Of a stretch of 64,000 nt of DNA, positions 17,314 through 27,628 are shown piece by piece. The stretch comes from an uncultured Bacteroidota bacterium (GTDB lineage Bacteria; Bacteroidota; Ignavibacteria; UBA10030; UBA6906), in NCBI GenBank assembly GCA_963700635.1, contig CAVOYH010000002.1, positions 32,001 through 96,000 on the forward strand. Reading direction: 5' to 3'. The position numbers were made by a program, and so were the translations under genes. The notes under the pieces were generated by a model. It was given only the letters and a program-made list of their open reading frames with translations. It was not told the DNA's origin and did no database searches. The first letter of the stretch is position 1. Every line of letters starts with the position of its first letter.

Positions 17314-18024
17314 TCATTTTTTACGAGATATTGAGGTCAGGCCGGTCGCTGCATACACGTACCCCAGCACCTCTCCCACCACGTCCTTCACCCCCGCGCT
17401 CGTCTGCCACCAGGTATCCGGCCCATAAGAAGTTTCCGGGACGGCGATCACACCCACAGCAATCGAATCCCCCAGAACCCGCTGGAATAACATGCGCGTC
17501 CTTCGTGCGTGAGGGCCAACGGTCACTATGTCGATAGTCCGGGGAAGGGGGCCGGAGCGTTTGATCCAATCGTCCAGCGCCACGGCTGAGGCCATAGTTC
17601 GATCGCGCACAATATGCCCCTGTACCGGCGCGGCAGACAGTTGCTCTGCCGGAGCCCCGAGTTTCAGAAGAGTTGCCCTGGCAACTTCAGCGGTAGTACC
17701 GTATTCCGATAGGAATTGGCCTGCTTCGATAGGGACCCCTGTCGTGACAATCCGGGAGTAGGCTCCCCGGCGGTACGTCTCAAGGGCGTACTGAATGGCA
17801 TAATCCGGGACCCACCCCTCCACAACAAGCATCCCCTCTCCGAGCGGCCGGGTTGTCGAGAAAAAGGTGTAGATCCCGGAGCAAAGGAATGGCCACGTTA
17901 CCACCGAGAGGACCAGGATAACAATCAACCCCTTCAGGGAAGGGACTGGAATCCTCCTGAAACGCACGAGCCCGAAGAACGTAGTGTCTTGTCCCATTGC
18001 TGCAATATACCAGACCTGGCGCAA
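17314..18024 (-). CDS. YdcF/DUF218 family protein
   Basis: LVVEGWVPDY, IVTTG, DRT, HARRTRMLF motifs. Confidence 0.8.
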   Translation of the reverse strand: MRQVWYIAAMGQDTTFFGLVRFRRIPVPSLKGLIVILVLSVVTWPFLCSGIYTFFSTTRPLGEGMLVVEGWVPDYAIQYALETYRRGAYSRIVTTGVPIEAGQFLSEYGTTAEVARATLLKLGAPAEQLSAAPVQGHIVRDRTMASAVALDDWIKRSGPLPRTIDIVTVGPHARRTRMLFQRVLGDSIAVGVIAVPETSYGPDTWWQTSAGVKDVVGEVLGYVYAATGLTSISRKK

Positions 18025-18136
18025 TCATCCAAATCCATTTGCATTTTTGCCCCTCCTTCACTACCTTATACAATCCTTGGTATGTACTTGAAGTGCTCTT
18101 TTGCACTCTGAAATTTTGACTTTTTACGGCTTTTCC

Positions 18137-18209
18137 GGGGCTGTAGCTCAGCTGGGAGAGCGCCTCGTTCGCAACGAGGAGGTCGTCGGTTCGACCCCGA
18201 TCAGCTCCA
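18137..18209 (+). tRNA. tRNA-Ala(CGC)
   Basis: GGGGCTG/CAGCTCC acceptor with G3:U70, CCTCG-TTCGCAA-CGAGG anticodon arm. Confidence 0.97.
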
Positions 18210-18210
18210 C

Positions 18211-18311
18211 TGAGGTCAAGTCCTGTGCAACCGCAAGGTGCCCAACCCCGCCAGGTCCGGAAGGAAGCAACGGTCAGCTCCCCAAGGTGTGACACAGGGT
18301 CCTTGGCCTCA
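18211..18311 (+). ncRNA. ffs: small SRP RNA (4.5S)
   Basis: Domain IV CAGGTCCGGAAGGAAGCA; terminal helix TGAGGTCAAG/CTTGGCCTCA followed by a T-run. Confidence 0.95.
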
Positions 18312-18590
18312 TTTTTGTTTGTTCCCTGTTGCAACCCTCAACGGTTTTTCGTAGGTTACGTGCGAAGAGTTCAGGTGTTGAGTGAGGCGAATCCACGCTT
18401 CTCCTTTTGTACTAACAGGGATCAATACCATCACACACTCTCTACACCACAGACCGGTAAACGATGCGAGTCTTAATAGTCCAAACGATGTGTCTTCCGA
18501 TCCTGCTCGGAAGCCTGCTCTCTTCGTTCCGTTTCTGGGGTGTTCTCCAGCGAAACCCGCTGGAAGAAAGGCTGGAACAAACGGCACGGT

Positions 18591-20228
18591 ATGAAGAAGG
18601 AAATAATTATCAATGCGGCGGCCAACGAAACTCGGATTGCCATCACCGAGGATGGTCGCCTGGCAGAGCTCTTTGTTGAAACTGCAAACAAAGAGAAGAT
18701 GGTCGGAGATATCTACCTCGGCAAAGTAGCCAAGGTAATGCCCGGTATCAGGGCAGCATTTATCGATATAGGACTCGGTCAGGACGGTTTCCTTCATTTC
18801 TCGGACATCGGGAGCCGGTTTGACGAGTACAACACGCTCATCGAAGACGAGGATGAAGACGAGGACGAGGACGCCAAAGGCAATTCGTCCGATCCTTCGA
18901 ACGGTGAAAAGGCAGCGGTCGCTGCCGAATCACGCTCGCAAGGCCGCCGTGGCGGCCAACGAAGACCACCCCCCCCCGCTGAACCTCCCAGACACCCGTC
19001 GAAAGAAGTTCTGCTTGAAAAAGGGCAGGAGATCATTGTCCAGATCATCAAGGAACCCGTCGGCAAAAAGGGTGTCCGGGTAACATCCGAAGTTTCCCTG
19101 GCCGGCCGCTTTCTTGTGCTCCTCCCGTTCGACAACAAGGTCGGGATCTCGAAGAAGATCACCAACTTCAAAGAAAAACGCCGCCTGCGGCGTATTGCAC
19201 AGGGTATTCTTCCCCCGGGTTTCGGTACGATTATCCGGACCGTCGCAGAAGGTAAGGAAGAATCCTCGATCAAAAATGATCTGGAAGATCTGATTTCGAC
19301 GTGGCGTGAAATTGAGAAGACGGTCAAAACCGAAACGGCACCCTGCCTGCTGTACAAAGACCTTGCCACCACGTCCAGCGTTATCCGGGACCTGTTTTCG
19401 AACGATGTGTCGCGCGTGGTGATCGACTCAAAGAAGCTGCACCGCGAAATTCGAGCCTATATCAAGTACACGTCGCCGCAGCTTCTTGAAAAAATCGAAT
19501 GGCACAAAGACCGCGCTCCGATCTTCGATGCATACGGAGTGGAGAAGGAAATCGAGACAACACTTTCGCGCAAAGTATGGATGAAGAGCGGTGGGTATAT
19601 CATCATCGAGCCAACAGAAGCGATGGTGGTCATCGACGTGAACAGCGGCCGCTACGCACCCAAAAAAGAGCAGGAACAGAACTCTCTGCGCACGGACCTG
19701 GAAGCGGCTCGGGAGATCACCCGGCAGCTCCGTCTCCGTGATCTCGGCGGCATTATCGTGTGCGACTTCATCGACCTCGACGATGAGAAGAACAAGAAGA
19801 AGCTGTACGAGGAGCTGAAGAAAGAGTTCCGGAAAGACCGCGCCAAGGTGACGGTGTTGCCCATGACCGAATTCGGACTTGTGCAGATCACCCGGCAGCG
19901 GATCCGGCAGAATATTATGCACAGCTTCACCGAGCCCTGTCCGACGTGCGGCGGAGTCGGGCTGGTTCAATCAAAGACAACCACCCTGAATCAACTCGAG
20001 CGGTCGGTCCGGCGGTTTAAGACGGAAACCCATGAAACACGGATCCTGCTGCGCATCAACCCTTCGCTTGCACCCGCTTTACGCGAAGGTGTGATCAGCC
20101 GCAAGCGCAGGATTATGTTCAAATACCGCGTTATGATCAAGCTCGAAGAAGATCCGTCCATTCCGATCGGGGAATTCCGCATGATCTCCCGCAAGCAAGG
20201 GAAAGATGTGACGGACCAATTTAAGTAG
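18591..20228 (+). CDS. rng: Rne/Rng family ribonuclease
   Basis: VGDIYLGKV...AAFIDIG S1 domain, VIDVNSG, LRLRDLGGIIVCDFID, CPTCGG. Confidence 0.95.
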   Translation: MKKEIIINAAANETRIAITEDGRLAELFVETANKEKMVGDIYLGKVAKVMPGIRAAFIDIGLGQDGFLHFSDIGSRFDEYNTLIEDEDEDEDEDAKGNSSDPSNGEKAAVAAESRSQGRRGGQRRPPPPAEPPRHPSKEVLLEKGQEIIVQIIKEPVGKKGVRVTSEVSLAGRFLVLLPFDNKVGISKKITNFKEKRRLRRIAQGILPPGFGTIIRTVAEGKEESSIKNDLEDLISTWREIEKTVKTETAPCLLYKDLATTSSVIRDLFSNDVSRVVIDSKKLHREIRAYIKYTSPQLLEKIEWHKDRAPIFDAYGVEKEIETTLSRKVWMKSGGYIIIEPTEAMVVIDVNSGRYAPKKEQEQNSLRTDLEAAREITRQLRLRDLGGIIVCDFIDLDDEKNKKKLYEELKKEFRKDRAKVTVLPMTEFGLVQITRQRIRQNIMHSFTEPCPTCGGVGLVQSKTTTLNQLERSVRRFKTETHETRILLRINPSLAPALREGVISRKRRIMFKYRVMIKLEEDPSIPIGEFRMISRKQGKDVTDQFK

Positions 20229-20240
20229 GGGAACACCGGT

Positions 20241-21335
20241 ATGGCGCTGAAACGCACTGCATTCTATGACAGGCACGTGCACCTCGGCGGGAAGATTGTG
20301 GAGTTTGCGGGGTACGAGATGCCCGTGCAGTACTCTGGAATCGTTGATGAGCACAGACGCGTGCGCGAGCACGTCGGGATGTTTGATGTGTCGCATATGG
20401 GTGAAGTGGAAATCCGGGGCTCCGACGCCCTGGCGTTCATTCAATCCATTACCATCAACAACGCTGCCAAACTTTCCCCCGGACGGGTGCAGTATTCTGC
20501 CATGTGCTACCCCGACGGCGGCATTGTGGATGACCTCCTGGTCTACCATATGGGTGACTATTACGGACTGGTCATCAACGCCGCCAATACGGCCAAGGAC
20601 ATCGCGTGGATGCAACAGCATCTTCGCGGAGATGTGACCCTCATCGATCGCACCGACTCCACATCGTTGCTGGCCGTTCAGGGACCACGGTCGCTGGACA
20701 CCCTCAAGAAGCTCACCAACGCCGATCTGGCCGCGATGCCATATTACAGCTGGATCCGGGCCCGCGTGGCTGATGTTGATATGGTGCTCTCCCGGACGGG
20801 ATACACCGGCGAACTTGGATTTGAACTGTATTTTCCCGCGGACAGGGAAGCCGGCGAACGGATCTGGGATACGATCCTGGAGGCAGGCAAGGAGTATTCA
20901 ATCGCCCCCGCGGGTCTCGGGGCACGTGATACACTGCGGCTGGAAATGGGATTCTGCCTGTACGGCAACGATATCGACCACACCACCAATCCGCTTGAAG
21001 CCGGACTCGGGTGGATCACCAAGACTGAAAAGGGGAGCTTCATCGGACAGGAGGCGATTCAGAAAGTCAAGCAGGCAGGGCTGACGCGAAAACTGGCGGC
21101 CTTTACGGTGAACGACAAGGCCTTTCCCCGTCACGGGTATCCGATCCATGCCGGGGGCGCCCAGGTGGGTACCGTAACATCAGGGACCTTTTCGCCCACT
21201 CTGGAATACGGAATCGGCATGGGGTACGTCCCGTCTGCTCTCGGTGCGCCGGGAATGACCATCGAAGTGATGATCAGGAACAAAGCATTTCCTGCGACCG
21301 TTGTATCACCACCGTTCGTGAAGAAGAGCTCATGA
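20241..21335 (+). CDS. gcvT: glycine cleavage aminomethyltransferase
   Basis: FDVSHMGE, SRTGYTGELGFE, GLGARDTLRLE. Confidence 0.98.
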   Translation: MALKRTAFYDRHVHLGGKIVEFAGYEMPVQYSGIVDEHRRVREHVGMFDVSHMGEVEIRGSDALAFIQSITINNAAKLSPGRVQYSAMCYPDGGIVDDLLVYHMGDYYGLVINAANTAKDIAWMQQHLRGDVTLIDRTDSTSLLAVQGPRSLDTLKKLTNADLAAMPYYSWIRARVADVDMVLSRTGYTGELGFELYFPADREAGERIWDTILEAGKEYSIAPAGLGARDTLRLEMGFCLYGNDIDHTTNPLEAGLGWITKTEKGSFIGQEAIQKVKQAGLTRKLAAFTVNDKAFPRHGYPIHAGGAQVGTVTSGTFSPTLEYGIGMGYVPSALGAPGMTIEVMIRNKAFPATVVSPPFVKKSS

Positions 21336-22111
21336 TCCGACTTACGGTGTACCTCACGCCACACCAGGTCGATGAACTTGCGTTGCGGGAGAAGACCGTT
21401 GTGGTGGTGGATGTGCTGCGTGCCGGGACAACGGTAACGACGGCGCTCAGCAATGGAGCGCGCGAGGTGATCCCGACGGCGACCGTCGAGGCAGCCGCCC
21501 GGGTGTCGGGAAATCTCACCGGCGGCGTTACGTTGCTCGCGGGCGAACGTAACGGCAGGATGATCGAAGGATTTCATCTGGGCAATTCGCCACTCGAGTA
21601 TACGCCGGAGAAGGTCCGGGGAAAAGCGATCGTCTTTGTCTCTTCCAATGGTACACCCGTGTTCCTGAAGGCGCGGCATGCCCGGGAGATGGTCGTGTGC
21701 AGCTTCGTGAACATCAGCGCCGTATCCGAGTTTGTACGTGAAAAAGACGGCGATGTGGCAGTCCTGTGCGCGGGTAATGCCGGAGCGCTTTCTTTCGAGG
21801 ATGCCGTCTGCGCCGGAATGCTTGTTCATCTTCTGTCCGGCGCCGAAGGAAATACCATCCACCTGAGTGATGCCGGACGTGCCGTGCACGCGCTGCACAA
21901 AATCCATGCGAAAAATCTGCTGCGGATGCTCAAGGGGACGGACAACGGCCGTAGTCTGATTGAACTAGGTTTTCTGGAAGATATTCGTTTTTGCGCCAAA
22001 CTTGACACGGTCCCGGTAGTCCCTCTGCTTGACGGCACTGTGTTGCGCCTCCCGCGCACCGGAGAGAAAAAGGACACTCCCGTAGAGGTGTCAGGGCAAT
22101 TGGAGAAGTAG
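21332..22111 (+). CDS. comB: 2-phosphosulfolactate phosphatase family
   Basis: VVDVLRA, GER, LGNSPLE, SSNGT, EDAVCAG. Confidence 0.92.
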   Translation: MIRLTVYLTPHQVDELALREKTVVVVDVLRAGTTVTTALSNGAREVIPTATVEAAARVSGNLTGGVTLLAGERNGRMIEGFHLGNSPLEYTPEKVRGKAIVFVSSNGTPVFLKARHAREMVVCSFVNISAVSEFVREKDGDVAVLCAGNAGALSFEDAVCAGMLVHLLSGAEGNTIHLSDAGRAVHALHKIHAKNLLRMLKGTDNGRSLIELGFLEDIRFCAKLDTVPVVPLLDGTVLRLPRTGEKKDTPVEVSGQLEK

Positions 22112-22115
22112 AGGA

Positions 22116-24569
22116 ATGCCCCAGCAATTTCGACAACGACCCGCCGCTCAACCAGCGCGCAAGGAACCTTCAAAAGCCCGGACCCGGCACCAGTGGGCGG
22201 TGCTGTCTATCCTCCTCTTCGCGTGTGCCCTCCTGATTTTTATCGCTCTTGCAACCTATGACGCCGCTGATGAGGCTAACGCAGACGTCCGGTTTTCACA
22301 CCTCTGGGGTGTGCTTGCAGGTGATCGGGAGGCCCAGAGACTCTGGGATACCACACACAACGGCCTCGGCCTGGTCGGGGTCCTCATTTCCGATTTCCTG
22401 ATCCGCTCGACGGTCGGGTTCAGCGTCTTTATTCTCCCCGTGCTTATGGTGCTCTGGGGGTGGACACTCCTCCGGAAGGGGGAGGCACGGCGGACGATTA
22501 CCCTGACGAACTATTCAATTCTCTGGGCCCTCCTCATCTCGGCTGCCTTCGGAATGATCCGGCGGATATTTCCCGAAACTGGTCCGACGATGGAGTGGAG
22601 CGGGGCAATCGGCGAGTTTATCTCGACCGTGCTTTCACAACTTATCGGACGTGCCGGCGGAGCGCTGGCAATCTGCGTGGGTATGTTTATCACTGCAATG
22701 ATCGGGGCCGACCTGGATTTGCACAATCTGGCTGACCGATTGCGCTCCTGGTGGGTCAAGGGGCAGGATTGGTACGCGCGGAAACGGGAGGAGTGGGAAG
22801 CCAGGGCTGCGAAAGAAGCGGAAGAAAACGAAAAAGTAGCAGAACGTGACAGCGGAATTGCGGGAGAGAATGGGAAAAATCAGGCGCCGGTGAGAATTAC
22901 CCGGAGGCCCATTGAAGACCCCCCGGGATTATACAACCCCGAATCCACTTCTGCTGCCTCTACACGAATCATGAACTTTCCGACAGTCCCCCGTACTGTT
23001 GACGCTGAGGAAACAACAGACCACGGTGTGGACCCGGTAACGAATCGTGTTGCATCCTCCCCGAAGGGATCCACGGCCACGGAAGACATCGAGTACGTCT
23101 TTCCGTCGGTGGAGCTTCTGGATCCTCCCAAGCCCGGCAGAGAAGACGTGGACGAGTCCGAACTGCAGGCAAACGCCGAGTTGCTCCGCGAGACCCTTCT
23201 CCAGTTTGATGTGGAAGTGGAAAGTGTGAGTGTAACACCGGGTCCGGTGGTCACGCTCTATGAACTCGTCCCGGCCAGCGGCGTCAAGATCAGCAGCATC
23301 GTCAGTCTCGAAAATGACATTGCACTCAAGCTTGCGGCCAGAGGAATTCGCATCATGGCGCCTATTCCGGGAAAGTCTGCGGTGGGCGTCGAAATTCCGA
23401 ATTCGCATAGGTCCCTCGTTACCATCCGGAGCGTCATCAACTCTGCCGTCTTCCGCGATTCCAAAGCGAGCCTCCCCATGGCAATGGGAAAGACTATTGC
23501 CGGTGAAGTGTTCGCGGACGACCTGGCAAGAATGCCCCACCTGCTTGTTGCGGGATCCACCGGGTCTGGAAAAAGTGTGGGCATCAACACCATGCTCGCC
23601 AGCTTGCTTTACAGGATGCATCCGTCCGATTTGAAACTGCTGATCATCGATCCGAAAAAGATCGAACTGGCGCAATACGGGCGATTAAAATCACATTTCC
23701 TGGCGGTGTCTCCGGATGTGCAGGAGGAAATCCTGACCACACCCGCAACGTCCGTGCTCGCCCTGAAGGGCGCTGAACTGGAAATGGAACGTCGTTACGA
23801 CCGTCTCTCCAAAGCCGGTGTGCGTAACATTCTGGACTACAACCAGAAACTTGCCAGCGGGAAGATCAAAAGCACCCCCGAACAGACACACGTAAAAATG
23901 CCGTATCTCGTGGTGGTGATTGATGAACTGGCCGACCTGATGATCACAGCGGCGCGGGAGGTGGAAGAACCGATCGCCCGGCTGGCCCAGCTTGCACGTG
24001 CAGTGGGGATCCACCTGATTGTCGCCACCCAGCGCCCATCGGTAGACGTGATCACGGGAGTTATCAAGGCGAATTTCCCCGCACGCATAGCGTTTCAGGT
24101 GGCCTCAAAAACCGATTCGCGCACCATCCTGGACATGAACGGAGCGGAACAGCTTCTGGGCAACGGGGACATGCTCTACCTTGCGAGCGGCAGTCCAAAG
24201 CCCATACGGCTCCAGAATGCGTATATCTCCCCCGATGAAGTTGAAGCCCTGATGGAACATATCGGAAAACAGAAGGGATATCCGGAGCCGTTCGCGCTGC
24301 CATCTGTGATCGAGAAAAAACGCAACGCCGATGCGAGCAGCGGCGGAGCACGCGACGAGCTCTTTGAGGATGCTGCGCGTGTTATCGTCCGGTATCAACA
24401 GGGCTCGGTGTCATTGTTGCAGAGACGTTTGAAAGTGGGGTATTCCCGCGCCGCGCGACTCGTAGATGAATTGGAGGCGGCGGGAATCGTCGGACCGGCG
24501 GACGGCAGCAAGGCCCGGGATGTACTGGTGGAATCTGAAGTCGAACTGGATATCATTCTTCAAGGATAA
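22116..24569 (+). CDS. ftsK: DNA translocase FtsK
   Basis: N-terminal TMs, PHLLVAGSTGSGKS, IDELADLM, SLLQRRLKVGYSRAAR. Confidence 0.98.
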   Translation: MPQQFRQRPAAQPARKEPSKARTRHQWAVLSILLFACALLIFIALATYDAADEANADVRFSHLWGVLAGDREAQRLWDTTHNGLGLVGVLISDFLIRSTVGFSVFILPVLMVLWGWTLLRKGEARRTITLTNYSILWALLISAAFGMIRRIFPETGPTMEWSGAIGEFISTVLSQLIGRAGGALAICVGMFITAMIGADLDLHNLADRLRSWWVKGQDWYARKREEWEARAAKEAEENEKVAERDSGIAGENGKNQAPVRITRRPIEDPPGLYNPESTSAASTRIMNFPTVPRTVDAEETTDHGVDPVTNRVASSPKGSTATEDIEYVFPSVELLDPPKPGREDVDESELQANAELLRETLLQFDVEVESVSVTPGPVVTLYELVPASGVKISSIVSLENDIALKLAARGIRIMAPIPGKSAVGVEIPNSHRSLVTIRSVINSAVFRDSKASLPMAMGKTIAGEVFADDLARMPHLLVAGSTGSGKSVGINTMLASLLYRMHPSDLKLLIIDPKKIELAQYGRLKSHFLAVSPDVQEEILTTPATSVLALKGAELEMERRYDRLSKAGVRNILDYNQKLASGKIKSTPEQTHVKMPYLVVVIDELADLMITAAREVEEPIARLAQLARAVGIHLIVATQRPSVDVITGVIKANFPARIAFQVASKTDSRTILDMNGAEQLLGNGDMLYLASGSPKPIRLQNAYISPDEVEALMEHIGKQKGYPEPFALPSVIEKKRNADASSGGARDELFEDAARVIVRYQQGSVSLLQRRLKVGYSRAARLVDELEAAGIVGPADGSKARDVLVESEVELDIILQG

Positions 24570-24570
24570 C

Positions 24571-25221
24571 ATGATGGGTAAGCGAAGCATCAGGAGCGTT
24601 CTGCTCTTTGTACTCCTGCTCTCCGCGACGGTGGGGAGTGCGGCCGGGGAAACGGCGAAAGAGGTCCTCGAAAATGTGCGTGACCGGTATGAGTCTATCA
24701 CGGATGGTGAGGTCCGGTTCACTCAAAAAGTTGTCTTTGCGATGGCGCGCATCGAGCAGGAGGTGACAGGTACCCTGGTATTTAAGAAAGAGCACAAGTA
24801 CCGGGTGGAATACGAGGGACAGGTGATCGTGACAGATGGTGAAACGGTGTGGTCATACTCCCGCTCTACGAACCAGGTCCTCGTCGATCATTTTAAGATC
24901 AATGAACGGTCACTGACCCCGGAACGCATTCTCGGCAATGCTCCGGACGACTACACTCCGACGCTTGTGGGAAAAGAGAAAATCGGTAAGATCGAGACGA
25001 TTATCGTGAAGCTCACACCGCCGGAGACCGGGGGGATGGTAAAATCCATGAAGGTGTGGGTACAGGAAGGTGAGTGGCTCATCCGGCGCGTTGAGCTGCT
25101 GGACCTTCACGGGAAACAAACAACCTACCAGGTGCATTCCATCAAAACCAACACCGGAATTCCGGATTCACGGTTTGTCTATCAGCCCCCGGCGGGCGTC
25201 GAGATCATCGACCTCCGATGA
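24571..25221 (+). CDS. lolA: outer-membrane lipoprotein carrier LolA
   Basis: Signal peptide, FTQ...GTL, IVTDGETVWSY, PPAGVEIIDLR; ftsK-lolA order. Confidence 0.88.
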   Translation: MMGKRSIRSVLLFVLLLSATVGSAAGETAKEVLENVRDRYESITDGEVRFTQKVVFAMARIEQEVTGTLVFKKEHKYRVEYEGQVIVTDGETVWSYSRSTNQVLVDHFKINERSLTPERILGNAPDDYTPTLVGKEKIGKIETIIVKLTPPETGGMVKSMKVWVQEGEWLIRRVELLDLHGKQTTYQVHSIKTNTGIPDSRFVYQPPAGVEIIDLR

Positions 25222-25236
25222 GGATGTAATCAAACG

Positions 25237-26280
25237 ATGACTCCCGGTCCGGTGCCCACAAAAAAGAACCGCACTCGCAGGTTCCTGCAATACGGGATGA
25301 GTATCGGCATTACCGGGGTCTTCCTGTATGTCGCGTTTCGTGGGACGGATTTTGAAAAGCTGCTTGTATCACTCCGCGAAACAAACTACTGGTGGATGAT
25401 CCCCAACTTCGCCTGCCTGATGGGTAGCCACTTTCTGCGCTCCTGGCGATGGCGCTACATGCTGGAACCCGTAAAGCCCAATATTTCCCTCCGGAATCTG
25501 TTCTCCGGCGTCATGGTGGGGTACATGATGAACAACATCCTCCCCAGGGCGGGTGAAATTGTACGGCCCTATACCATCGGCAAACTCGAACATATCTCCA
25601 AGGGTGCGGCCTTCGGGACGATCGTGGTGGAGCGGATCATCGATACCCTCTCATTCCTCTTTCTGGTGGCTGCCATCCCGTTTCTGTATGAAGGCCCGCT
25701 GACAGAGTCGTTCCCCTGGCTGGAAAAAACCGGACTGATCGTCTCGGTTGTCACCGGAGCCCTCCTCGCGCTTCTGGTTGCGCTGATGCTCCGACGGAAC
25801 TGGACGGACGGGCTCCTCAGAAGCCTGGCGCGAATTCTTCCTGCGCGCCTGGTCACACGGATAGAGAGTCTGGTGCATTCCTTTCTGGATGGTTTCCTGT
25901 TCCTGACCCGGCCCGGCCGCTTTATTCCGATCTTTGTCCTGAGTGTACTGATCTGGTTTCTCTACGGGCTCATGGTGTACGTCGCATTTTATGCCTTTGA
26001 CCTGCAGGAACTCGGGTTCCGCGCGGCCATCGTAGTCCTTGCGATATCCAGCATCGGCATCGCCATGCCAACGCCCGGCGGTACCGGAACGTACCATGTC
26101 CTTGCTTCGCAGACCTTGAGCCGGCTTTTCGCGGTGGACGCGACGACGGCGCTGACCTTTGCGACCGTCACGCATGCCGTAGGATTTGTGGGTGTTACCA
26201 TCATCGGGGTCTACTACTTCCTCCGGGATCATATCCGGGTATCGGAAGCGGTGGATTCGCACGAGGGGCGGGGAGAATGA
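25237..26280 (+). CDS. lysylphosphatidylglycerol synthase TM-domain (flippase-like) protein
   Basis: RSWRW, NNILPRAGEIVR, VERIID, PTPGGTGTYH. Confidence 0.9.
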   Translation: MTPGPVPTKKNRTRRFLQYGMSIGITGVFLYVAFRGTDFEKLLVSLRETNYWWMIPNFACLMGSHFLRSWRWRYMLEPVKPNISLRNLFSGVMVGYMMNNILPRAGEIVRPYTIGKLEHISKGAAFGTIVVERIIDTLSFLFLVAAIPFLYEGPLTESFPWLEKTGLIVSVVTGALLALLVALMLRRNWTDGLLRSLARILPARLVTRIESLVHSFLDGFLFLTRPGRFIPIFVLSVLIWFLYGLMVYVAFYAFDLQELGFRAAIVVLAISSIGIAMPTPGGTGTYHVLASQTLSRLFAVDATTALTFATVTHAVGFVGVTIIGVYYFLRDHIRVSEAVDSHEGRGE

Positions 26281-26951
26281 GCAAACGGATGTGCCTGTCC
26301 ATGCTTGTCTTCCTGGGGATCTCCGGTGCGCATGCTGCCGACGGGGGTCAGACACCTTCATCGCGCATAGGCATCAGCGCGGGCATGGGCGTGAGCTATC
26401 TTACCCAGCGTGATCTTGTGGACATGATTAATGGCGGCTTCACCCCCGGCCGGCGTGTTGAGGAATTTAATTCGGCGGTTGACTTCTTCGGATCGGTCTT
26501 CATTCCGCTCTCGGCGGATTGGGCGCTCAGAGCCGAGTACACGTATCTCTTGAACACATACAATATTGCGGCGGCATTCGGCCCCGGAGAATTTACCACC
26601 ACGGTGCATATGCCCACCCTTGTGGTCGAATACATTCTGGTCGAGGAAGGACTCTACAACCTTAGCGGGGGCCTGGGCGCTGGATACCACGTGGGAGTGC
26701 TGAATCTGAAGTACGGCACGATCAACGACACGTACACGGCGACTGGACCGGGCATGGTGATGGTGATACACGGGAACACCGCCTTCGGCGAAGACCTGTT
26801 CGTGCATCTTGGCGTCAATGCCCGCTGGGAGTTTCTTGGCGAACTGCGCAACGCGAACGGTCAATCGCCGGGCAAAGGTGCACAGGGGAATGCAGCAACG
26901 CTGGGGAGTTTTGGGGTGGGGGCGAGATTGGGGCTCAGCTACTACTTTTAG
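26277..26951 (+). CDS. small outer-membrane beta-barrel protein
   Basis: Signal peptide, alternating beta pattern, C-terminal LGLSYYF. Confidence 0.7.
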   Translation: MSKRMCLSMLVFLGISGAHAADGGQTPSSRIGISAGMGVSYLTQRDLVDMINGGFTPGRRVEEFNSAVDFFGSVFIPLSADWALRAEYTYLLNTYNIAAAFGPGEFTTTVHMPTLVVEYILVEEGLYNLSGGLGAGYHVGVLNLKYGTINDTYTATGPGMVMVIHGNTAFGEDLFVHLGVNARWEFLGELRNANGQSPGKGAQGNAATLGSFGVGARLGLSYYF

Positions 26952-27010
26952 GGTACGGGAGAGATCTCATCTCCTCACGGCTATTCGACACCTATCATAC
27001 TGGAGGACAA

Positions 27011-27628
27011 ATGAAACAACCATTCATCTATCTACTGGCGGGACTTATGATAACCATGATTGCTGGTGAGGCCGACGCGCAAAAATCAGCGCCGGCAAAA
27101 AAGAAAGAATTTGCGGTGATCGAAACATCCATGGGCACGATTGAGGCGGAACTCTATGGCGCCGATGCACCCAAGACTGTTGAGAACTTCGTGAAACTTG
27201 CAGAAAAGAAATATTTTGACGGCGTGATCTTTCACCGCATCTCAAAGGGGTTTGTGATCCAGGGCGGAGACCCAACGGGAACCGGAACGGGCGGAAAGAG
27301 TATCTATGGAGGGGAGTTTGCCGATGAATTGAATCCGAATACCCCGTCATTCAAGGCCGGCTACGGCAAGGGCGTGCTGGCGATGGCAAACAGAGGGCCG
27401 AACACGAACACCAGCCAGTTTTTCATCATGCTCCAGGACGCGCCGCGTATGCCGAAAAACTACACGATCTTCGGCAAGGTGGTGAAGGGTATCGAAGTGG
27501 TCGACAAGATCGGGGACGTGGAGATCACCCCGCAGATGGGAGCGCGTGACGGCAAACCCAAAGTTGACGTGGTGATGAAGACTGTGACCATTCGACGCGA
27601 ACCGGCGAGCGAGCCCGCCAAAAAGTAA
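27011..27628 (+). CDS. cyclophilin-type peptidyl-prolyl isomerase
   Basis: APKTVENF, FHR, FVIQGGDP, LAMANRGPNTNTSQFFI. Confidence 0.97.
   Translation: MKQPFIYLLAGLMITMIAGEADAQKSAPAKKKEFAVIETSMGTIEAELYGADAPKTVENFVKLAEKKYFDGVIFHRISKGFVIQGGDPTGTGTGGKSIYGGEFADELNPNTPSFKAGYGKGVLAMANRGPNTNTSQFFIMLQDAPRMPKNYTIFGKVVKGIEVVDKIGDVEITPQMGARDGKPKVDVVMKTVTIRREPASEPAKK

Noticed and set aside
21332-22111. comB as evidence for coenzyme M synthesis
   Set aside because: ComB homologues are widespread without the pathway; no comA/C/D/E nearby.
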